Source: a virus (lineage: Duplodnaviria; Caudoviricetes). Taken from it: 30,999 bases of DNA. The notes under the pieces are model-generated. The model did no database searches. It saw only the letters and a list, made by a program, of their open reading frames with translations, and was not told where the DNA came from. The DNA is taken from positions 1-30,999 of IMG/VR virus record IMGVR_UViG_3300016665_000461; one strand, 5' to 3'. Below are positions 24,901 through 30,999 of the stretch, piece by piece; positions within the stretch are counted from its first letter, which is position 1; each line of letters opens with the position of its first letter. The translations under genes and the position numbers were made by a program.

Positions 24901-27563
24901 GATTTAAGCTGGCCAACGTTGCAACAGGTTCGACCATTGCAATCACACCTGATGCTCAGGATAAGACACACAACCTGACAGGTTCTTCGCTGTACTTCAC
25001 CGCCGATACCTTTGGCGCTGAAGACGTAACCAATCAGTTCTATATTGACAACAACCAGAATCCAGACTACCTCGATACATCGTATCTGGTCCGTAAGCCA
25101 TCTGGTACCGCGTTGACTACAAACGATTCTCTACTTGTAGAGTTTGATGCATTTACACCTTCCTCGTCCGAAGGTCTTAAGACGATCAACTCATACCAGA
25201 TCGATGACATCCACGCTCTTGACGATATCGAGACCAACAAGGTCAATACGCTTGAAATCCCAGAGCTGTATGACAACGCAACGGACAAGTACTACGATCT
25301 AAGAGACCAGTTCGACCTTCGTCCAGCTTCCGCTAACACGATTCCTCTGCTCAATGAAGCAGGTGGTGGTCTAACCAGTCCAAACGTAATCAATCCAATT
25401 GAGCCAATCGATGGAATTCTAATCCAGACATCGTTCAATGCAAGCGCAAATGTTAACGCTTCTACGGATACCATCACTATCACGGCTCATGGATTCGTCA
25501 GTGGCGACGTAGTACAGTACTTCACTGGTACCGGAACAACCGGAATCCTAGCAAACAACAGCGTGTACTACGTAAGAAATGCTACCGCTGATACTCTACA
25601 GCTAACAGACTTTACTAATGGACCAAGTGGTGCTATCAAGGATCTTTCAACAGGTACCGGCACTGCCCACAACCTTAAGAAGTCAATGCTTCGATTCTCT
25701 GAAAATAAGAAGTATTTCCCAGTGCCAGGATCTACCTGCACTTCGGACATCACAACTTATCTTGGAAGAACCGATAGAGTCGTCGTAACGACCGGTGGCA
25801 ACTTCAATGTTATCAAAGGCATCCCTGGTAAGATTAATGATGTTCCACCTGAGCCAGCCGATAGCATGACTATCAACCTTCTCAGAGTTCCACCATATCC
25901 TTCGATTCCGCAGGTTCTTTCGGCAACCATGGCCGAGCTTGCAGATACTAAGATTCTGAACCAGAAGGAAATGTATCGTAAGAACAACTTCAAGGTTGCA
26001 ACTCTCCTTTCGCCAAATGAGCAGTCGCTTATTCAGGTTAAGCCATACCGCATGACGGATATCGCTCAGCTTGAAAGAAGAATTAAGGACCTTGAACGCT
26101 ACGTAACAATCACTCTTACCGAGACCATTGCTCGTTCGAGATTTATCGGAAGCTCGACCAACTCGGCTCTTGACCGCTTTAAGTTTGGCTTCTTCGTTGA
26201 TTCGTTCGTTGACTACAACTTTGCCGATGCATCGAACCCAGAGTTCAGTGCAACGATCTTTAACGATAGACTTAACCCTAAGTCGACTCAGATCAATATC
26301 GAAATGACTTATGATATTGATGATGAGAACGTTGTTGGTAAGTCGTTCGGGTCTTATACATACGAAGACTATACACTTATCAATCAGGCCGATGCTACAT
26401 CGGGCGAGATTCCAGTTGTGGTAACTCCAGATCCAGTGTTCGAAGAGACTATCACACAGACAACAATCACTCAGATCACATCGACGTCGATTGGTCAGTA
26501 TAGATCATCGGCCAGAGACGGCAACAAGACCGTCTGGGAAGATTGGTCCTACACAATGTCTTCGCTTCCCGGTCCGGTTAGACTATACGTCAACGCTCGC
26601 GACCAGAGAGTTCAGATCGAAGTCTTCCAGGGAACAACGCCAAACTTCACGCCAACCACTCCAATCGCCACATCGCTTTCTTGGCAGCAGTGGTCGAACG
26701 CAGACCGTGCATTCGGCGGCGAGGCATATCAGTTCGGCGGTAAGTGGGAAGATGGTAACTGGTCAAGCTACCCATGGGTTGAAGACTGCTTCAAGATGAA
26801 TTGGAGCCACAATCCAGCGAATGGCCAGTACTACATCATCAGAGTCTATAAGGGCAAGCATGACGGCGGTCTCTTCGGTGGTAACTCACCTAAGGGCTTC
26901 TACATGTTCAAGCTGTACTACCCATCGGATCAGATCGAAACGACAACCACTCAGTATGTCGGCAAGACTCCATTCGAATACACGGGTCGAGTATACAGCC
27001 AGGCTCCAGAAACATTCACTCTTACCGAGCCAGTCAACTACATCGACCTTGGCTTCATGGGAAGTGGATTCTCATATGGTGCAGGATACATCGCAGACTC
27101 TCAGAAGTTCGACATCTCTATCACCGGACTTCGTCCACTTACGAGACACTCGTTCTACCTGGAGCAAGAAGATCAAACAGCCAAGTGTGTACAGATTAGA
27201 ACCGACAATACGGCTGGAACCAGTGGTCTGGTAAGTGACAAGAATGGTGTACTAACATTCTCGTACTACTATGACGCTGGCATCAATGAGGCAACAACAG
27301 ACTTTGAGCAGCAAAATAAGCTAGCCGCAAGTCTTGCTGGTAGAAAGATCTATAAGCTTTCTAACATTGATGGTACATCAAGCGCAAGTGGTGCAATCGA
27401 GATGAAGTACTATCTGGATTCAACACAGCTTAGATTCTCGGGTATTGGTGCTACACTGAATAACACTACAACAGTAACCGCAACGACCACGCAGGTTACC
27501 AATGAATACACAAACCTCACCAGGTTTGATCTCGTGGATTCACTAGATACCAATCTAAGATGA
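21960..27563 (+). CDS. VrlC-like / DUF4815-type large virion structural protein, N-terminal part
   Basis: TDL..SPHFDDFDE.KGYYKILFQPG.AVQTRELNQLQT.LQNQIEKFG, LLDNA.G.PNFTAPGA.RLK, RTAEESGNY, YRMTDIAQLERRI..LE.Y, DRFKFGFFVD.F are motifs of this family. Confidence 0.85.
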   Translation: MPIQTDLSASPHFDDFDENKGYYKILFQPGVAVQTRELNQLQTMLQNQIEKFGDNILKRGTIVAGCNITYWPRLPYVKIKDLATDGTPVNINQLNGYYLRNSNNLESRISVVEQGLETSSPNLKTLFISYINSGDDLGQTVESSKYAADQILTVYDPKNPVFKINITNGSSGFSNADTVVVTSSMAIQNSTGGKDFTIGTRVGLLATDIIKSDGLAIGQIVGTPDTTTLPDAVIVRVAPLADSLRAGDNRLWTFYENSSVEISAVNTTNKSTANKISKVYGYGAAGSLVTDSLGKVTSISVTNGGLGYDYDPYISVSSSTATASEISQFAASAQRFLTTISVAGSVHDPVGFGYGVSVDEGYIYQKGYFIKVDEQLAVVEKYNNIGFDKSVGFVSNESIIDSNTDETLLDNATGAPNFTAPGAKRLKLQPVLTVLEKAEADLDSEFFPIVEFSQGSPYITQQETVYNKIGDLIAKRTAEESGNYVIDKFNVISKDQSNTAAYAASFNINIDPGLAYINGYRVKTEANYIGAVDKGTDTFTKENASTIFSYGDFFRVNQLAGNFRFDVGDLVEFYDTARQYITTQNPGSAITPAGNKIGTARVRSIVLESGYAGTASAVYRVYTFDRVFVSGKTANDIKAIYHGGATYPGICDILQENNETILYDKNYSSLLFRAGVGVQSVGDTFFYYKASNPFNIGSTGTLDISVEDPLTESFDIFSENTIAENEIVIVPTDNFQISANLAGTVSVSATNTPIVAGTSTQFLSQLAIGDWIKIDDSSSNIFQVQSIENDTTLTVTKNVGSVITSKGVKRYFPKYVPISLSTPNSSRTAKIETEQLKINLGIPSGMTLANTSGSTYSPPVVVNYNVKKKFTPPVTKGTSRNVFARIRVANNSAGVDGPWALGASDVFRLRSVYKANTASRTSTFYTNSASIDNASDFIATLSQHRFANGDLVVYTTDGASAAITGLSNNATYKVALANTSGFKLANVATGSTIAITPDAQDKTHNLTGSSLYFTADTFGAEDVTNQFYIDNNQNPDYLDTSYLVRKPSGTALTTNDSLLVEFDAFTPSSSEGLKTINSYQIDDIHALDDIETNKVNTLEIPELYDNATDKYYDLRDQFDLRPASANTIPLLNEAGGGLTSPNVINPIEPIDGILIQTSFNASANVNASTDTITITAHGFVSGDVVQYFTGTGTTGILANNSVYYVRNATADTLQLTDFTNGPSGAIKDLSTGTGTAHNLKKSMLRFSENKKYFPVPGSTCTSDITTYLGRTDRVVVTTGGNFNVIKGIPGKINDVPPEPADSMTINLLRVPPYPSIPQVLSATMAELADTKILNQKEMYRKNNFKVATLLSPNEQSLIQVKPYRMTDIAQLERRIKDLERYVTITLTETIARSRFIGSSTNSALDRFKFGFFVDSFVDYNFADASNPEFSATIFNDRLNPKSTQINIEMTYDIDDENVVGKSFGSYTYEDYTLINQADATSGEIPVVVTPDPVFEETITQTTITQITSTSIGQYRSSARDGNKTVWEDWSYTMSSLPGPVRLYVNARDQRVQIEVFQGTTPNFTPTTPIATSLSWQQWSNADRAFGGEAYQFGGKWEDGNWSSYPWVEDCFKMNWSHNPANGQYYIIRVYKGKHDGGLFGGNSPKGFYMFKLYYPSDQIETTTTQYVGKTPFEYTGRVYSQAPETFTLTEPVNYIDLGFMGSGFSYGAGYIADSQKFDISITGLRPLTRHSFYLEQEDQTAKCVQIRTDNTAGTSGLVSDKNGVLTFSYYYDAGINEATTDFEQQNKLAASLAGRKIYKLSNIDGTSSASGAIEMKYYLDSTQLRFSGIGATLNNTTTVTATTTQVTNEYTNLTRFDLVDSLDTNLR

Positions 27564-27590
27564 AGTATTGCAAATAAATAAAGTATTGCA
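27563..27590 (+). repeat. 10-bp direct repeat AAGTATTGCA (27563-27572, 27581-27590) bracketing AATAAATA
   Basis: Sequence reads TG AAGTATTGCA AATAAATA AAGTATTGCA GCAAAGAGG. Confidence 0.85.
27573..27580 (+). promoter_or_regulatory. Putative late promoter AATAAATA
   Basis: Intergenic; about 25 nt upstream of the ATG at 27605, with a GAGG SD between. Confidence 0.65.
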
Positions 27591-27604
27591 GCAAAGAGGC
27601 ATTG

Positions 27605-29797
27605 ATGACTACTATTCCAGTTCAACCTACGTATAACTACATTCAGACATTCTTTGTGAATGCCGAGGCGGTAGACAATTCGCCTGAGGTAATGCTCACC
27701 TCTGTTGTTCTTTACTTTAAGTCGAAGCCAACTATTTCTGGTGCGGCTGTAGTGCCAAGTGTAAATATTGCGCTGTGCCCAGTAGTAAATGGCCAGCCAG
27801 TTCCTGAGAATATTATTCCAGGAAGCACGGTAAGAGTTGTTTGGGATAATATCAATGCCTCTTCAAACTCTCTCGACGGCACATTCTTTACATTCCCTAA
27901 TCCAATCCCAGTAAAGACTAATCAGTCTTATGGTGTTATGATTGCTACAGAGCTCGATGCATACGAACTCTGGCAGAACATTCAAGGTCAACGACTTATT
28001 TCATCCGCTGGCACGGTAACGGATACGCCATCACCAGGTGCTTCGGCCAACTTGAATGGTAAGCTGTATAAGTCCAAGCTTACAACAAGCCCAACGAATA
28101 CCGTCAACAACACTCAGTCAAACAATCTTACTGCATATAACTCATATCTCGATAGAGACCTTAAGTTCAGAGTTAATATCGCCAGATTCGACATGAGCAA
28201 TAAGTCGAAGACAATTACACTTACACCAAAGAATTACGAGTTCTTCACGATCACATCGAGAAGTGGTATCTTTTCGGGTGGCGAGTGGGTATTCCTTAAT
28301 CAGCCAAATGAGACCGGCACGATCAAGGTCGATGCAAACAGCAGAACGATCATTGGATCCGGCACCAACTTCACGACCACTCTCATCGGTAAGAGAATCG
28401 TATTCACAATCGATAACATCACCGATGTTCTAAGAATCACTGGTATCAATAGTGCAACTGAAATGGAAGTTGAGTCTTTCCCAAGAAAGTCAAGCAACGC
28501 CGCAACATTCAGAATTCCACCGGTCGGTAAGCTATACACTCAGAACAACCTGAACAACTCAATGGTTCTTGTTGATTCGAACGCTTCGGATGCAGTATTT
28601 AAGTTCTCGGCAGGATCCTCGATCATTGGTGCATTCAGTGGAGCGACTGCAACGATTGCTTCTATTGACAAGCACTCGGTCGATAGCTTCACTCCAAGAT
28701 TTAAGTTGGGTAACCCTGCATTCTCTACCACAAATATTTCTTATAAGTTTTCCACCGAAGCAGGTCAGATCTTCAGCACTTTCAATACTCTCACAACAGA
28801 TAAGCTGAATGAAATCAAGAACTACGATGGATACATCTATTCGAGATCGTACGAAGTATCTCAGCCTGAAGGTACATTTGGCCTAGGTATCAATAAGAAG
28901 TCTGGCATCGCTCAGGTCTCGTTCAACTACACGACCGATAAGAACTACTCGTACATCGCTCCATACATCGATGGCGATCAGCTCGATGTCTATACACAGC
29001 AAAACTCGATCAATGCGGATACCAACATCAGCAAGATCAGAACGATCAACTCGGCTCCTACGGTAGACGTCACGTATCAGTTTGATAGCGAAACGACCAG
29101 ATTCGGTACTGCCAAGTCGAAATATATTTCTAAGAAGATTTCATTTGCTGCGGACAGAGCGGCCGAAGATATTGTTGTGTACATGAGCGCGTACGTACCA
29201 CAGGATACAGAGGTAAGAGTATACGCCAAGCTTCATAACGCCCTCGACAAGGAAGCATTTGACGACAAGACTTGGACTCCACTGGTTCTTAAGTCAACGT
29301 TCATTCCAAGCGATCCATCGGACACGAACGACGTAAGAGAACTAGAGTACAATCTTCCATACTACCACCAGGAAATCGAAACATACCTGGATGGTTTTGC
29401 GGTAACGACCGTAGATGATAATGCCACAGCATCGGTTGCTGGTGGAGACATTTCGCAGTATGTAACCGGCGGAGACGTCGTAAAGATTTATGATCCAAAC
29501 AATGAATCTCAGAACTACGATATATTCCTTGTAGCTTCTGCAACCTCATCAACGATTACTCTCAATCGTAAGATTTTGGATCCAAACATTACCGGTACTA
29601 TGGGCATCAAGCTAATTAAGTACCCTAACGCAGCATTCAAGAGCTATCTGACCGATGGTGTTGCTCGCTATATCTCTAGCGGCGGTGTTCAGTTTGATAA
29701 GTTTAACTCCATGCAGGTCAAGGTTGTTCTACTTTCCAACAACACATACGTCGTTCCTTCAGTGGAATCGATTCAGGTCCTGGGTGTTTCGGCATAA
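27605..29797 (+). CDS. Virion structural protein resembling the C-terminal half of VrlC/DUF4815-type proteins
   Basis: IQTFFV...MLTSVVLYFKSKP, FTFPNPIPV....YGV, DLKFRVNIARF, SKYISKKI......EDIVVYM.AY.P.DTEVRVYAK, FNSMQVKVVLLS.N..VVP are recalled as the C-terminal motifs of that family. ATG 27605 is preferred over TTG 27602 because of SD spacing. Confidence 0.72.
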   Translation: MTTIPVQPTYNYIQTFFVNAEAVDNSPEVMLTSVVLYFKSKPTISGAAVVPSVNIALCPVVNGQPVPENIIPGSTVRVVWDNINASSNSLDGTFFTFPNPIPVKTNQSYGVMIATELDAYELWQNIQGQRLISSAGTVTDTPSPGASANLNGKLYKSKLTTSPTNTVNNTQSNNLTAYNSYLDRDLKFRVNIARFDMSNKSKTITLTPKNYEFFTITSRSGIFSGGEWVFLNQPNETGTIKVDANSRTIIGSGTNFTTTLIGKRIVFTIDNITDVLRITGINSATEMEVESFPRKSSNAATFRIPPVGKLYTQNNLNNSMVLVDSNASDAVFKFSAGSSIIGAFSGATATIASIDKHSVDSFTPRFKLGNPAFSTTNISYKFSTEAGQIFSTFNTLTTDKLNEIKNYDGYIYSRSYEVSQPEGTFGLGINKKSGIAQVSFNYTTDKNYSYIAPYIDGDQLDVYTQQNSINADTNISKIRTINSAPTVDVTYQFDSETTRFGTAKSKYISKKISFAADRAAEDIVVYMSAYVPQDTEVRVYAKLHNALDKEAFDDKTWTPLVLKSTFIPSDPSDTNDVRELEYNLPYYHQEIETYLDGFAVTTVDDNATASVAGGDISQYVTGGDVVKIYDPNNESQNYDIFLVASATSSTITLNRKILDPNITGTMGIKLIKYPNAAFKSYLTDGVARYISSGGVQFDKFNSMQVKVVLLSNNTYVVPSVESIQVLGVSA

Positions 29798-30015
29798 TGA
29801 GATACGTAAAGACTGATGATCCTTATCTAGTCAGAGATATTAGCAGCGGAGCTATCATAAATATGGATGATAGCTACTACAAACAGGTCCTTGCTGCGAG
29901 AGAACAAGATAAGAAGACTAAAGAAGTTTGTAGAGAGATGAACGAACTTAAGTCTGAACTTAGCGAAATAAAAGCGCTAATGCAACAATTTTTAAACGGA
30001 AGAAGAGATGGCTAG
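29797..30015 (+). CDS. Small conserved T4-like phage protein typically found after VrlC (coiled-coil C-terminus)
   Basis: LVRD..SGAIIN.D...Y...L......LKSELSEIKALM pattern; TAATG coupling to the upstream gene. Confidence 0.8.
   Translation: MRYVKTDDPYLVRDISSGAIINMDDSYYKQVLAAREQDKKTKEVCREMNELKSELSEIKALMQQFLNGRRDG
29856..29863 (+). promoter_or_regulatory. Putative late promoter CATAAATA upstream of the tail fibre gene
   Basis: Inside the 72-aa ORF (ATC ATA AAT ATG), about 145 nt before the ATG at 30008. Confidence 0.55.
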
Positions 30016-30999
30016 ACAAGTATCTAATGTCGATATTATTACTGATACCTGGGAGATCGTTGTCTTAAAGACTAACGAGCTTCTAAACTCGCTTTCCACC
30101 GAAGTCATCACGGCCAACTCAACCGTTGCTCTTACGGGCAATACAGATTTCCCAAGAAACGCTGAACTTATCGGTGCTTTCTCAGCGAATACGATCGCAG
30201 TTACCAACGGTCTAAGAGGTGGTAATACATCGGTCGCTGCAAATCTAGTAATTACTTCAAACGTATCTATTATCGGTGAGACTCTCAATACCGCTGCTGC
30301 AGGATACTTCACTGGGCCACAATCGTTCAGTAACGCGGTTACTTTCTCGAGCGCTTCTCTTACTTCAACCAGCAACACCTACATCAATGCGGCCAATGTA
30401 ACCATCAACAGCGCTGCACAGACCTTTAAGGCTGGTACGGTCAACGCCGTTGCAATCACTAATGACGGAACAACCACTGCTGTAACTCTTGCCGGCAACA
30501 ACTTTAATGTCGGATCAAACGTATCCATTACTGGTACAAACCATACGATTGCAGGTAATGTAAACTTTGATGCCGGTACCCTCATTATAAACGGTACTTC
30601 AAATATTGTCAACGCCACAAGCCTAGGTTTGTCAGGTATTCTTTCAGTTACCGGAAATGGATCTGTTGGTGGCATCTTCACCACGACGGGTAATACATCT
30701 CTTGCCGGTGGTCTAGTAAACGTAACATCCACAGGAACAGCAGTTTCTGGAAACGTCAACTTTGATGCTGGCACATTCGTAATCAATGCAACGGGTAATG
30801 TAGTCAACGCTGCATCTCTCGGCGTAACGGGTGTAACTACACTTTCCGGCAACACAACGATTTCTTCCAACGTAACGATGAATGGTATCGTTACGATCGC
30901 CAATACATCATCAACAACTGGTGCTGCAACATTTTCTAATACTGTTGGAGTAACCGGAGCAACAACTCTTTCCAACACGATCAATGTAGTCGGTGCAGC
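30008..30999 (+). CDS. Tail fibre-like protein, 5' part (runs off the window)
   Basis: Not in the ORF track. ATG 30008 opens a frame to the window end: MARQVSNVDIITDTWEIVVLKTNELLNSLSTEVITANST...; T/N/G/V/S-rich beta repeats such as VTGATTLSNT; the N-terminal DT[FW]E....KTN motif is common in T4-like fibres. Confidence 0.8.
   Translation, partial: MARQVSNVDIITDTWEIVVLKTNELLNSLSTEVITANSTVALTGNTDFPRNAELIGAFSANTIAVTNGLRGGNTSVAANLVITSNVSIIGETLNTAAAGYFTGPQSFSNAVTFSSASLTSTSNTYINAANVTINSAAQTFKAGTVNAVAITNDGTTTAVTLAGNNFNVGSNVSITGTNHTIAGNVNFDAGTLIINGTSNIVNATSLGLSGILSVTGNGSVGGIFTTTGNTSLAGGLVNVTSTGTAVSGNVNFDAGTFVINATGNVVNAASLGVTGVTTLSGNTTISSNVTMNGIVTIANTSSTTGAATFSNTVGVTGATTLSNTINVVGA

Noticed and set aside
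10936-27563. Inteins, introns or diversity-generating retroelement repeats as the cause of the large gene sizes
   Set aside because: The frames are uninterrupted. I saw no splice-junction motifs, endonuclease or reverse transcriptase ORFs, or near-identical DNA repeat pairs. The extra length is explained by structural modules.
29992-30984. Minus-strand ORFs of 128 and 201 aa
   Set aside because: Antisense mirror of the plus-strand tail fibre ORF that starts at 30008.
30008-30999. Many N-x-S/T sequons suggesting virion N-glycosylation
   Set aside because: By hand count about a third of Asn are in sequons, roughly what the high Ser+Thr content predicts. No glycosyltransferase is in the window. 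A composition-controlled test would be needed.
1-30999. tRNA, CRISPR arrays and intrinsic terminators
   Set aside because: Intergenic gaps are all about 41 bp or shorter, and I saw no convincing cloverleaf, spaced repeat array or GC hairpin with a U tract.

Overview
The whole window is the virion tail/baseplate gene region of a large T4-like myovirus. The gene set (VrlC/DUF4815, lysozyme-less gp5, short 'gp51') resembles cyanophage and alphaproteobacterial T4-like phages; the host is inference only. A leftward block (gp4, gp2, gp54-like, gp26, 'gp51', then a truncated basic ORF) diverges at about 3153-3193 from a rightward block (128-aa ORF, gp48, gp53, gp27-like hub, gp5, helical ORF, gp25, gp6, very large gp7 and gp8, a VrlC-like protein split into two genes, a small ORF, a truncated tail fibre). 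Three observations stand out. (1) A T-TTT-TTT slippery heptamer joins gp26 to 'gp51' by a -1 shift, like the lambda G/GT tail-chaperone frameshift, directly before a possible tape-measure gene. (2) A roughly 85-aa module occurs about 19 times in gp7, gp8 and VrlC and is often inserted inside other copies of itself, nested up to about 5 deep. (3) T4-type late promoter boxes (xATAAATA) are embedded in the 3' parts of upstream genes. All family assignments come from motif and synteny recognition by eye; no searches were run. No tRNA, rRNA, CRISPR array or IS was recognised.
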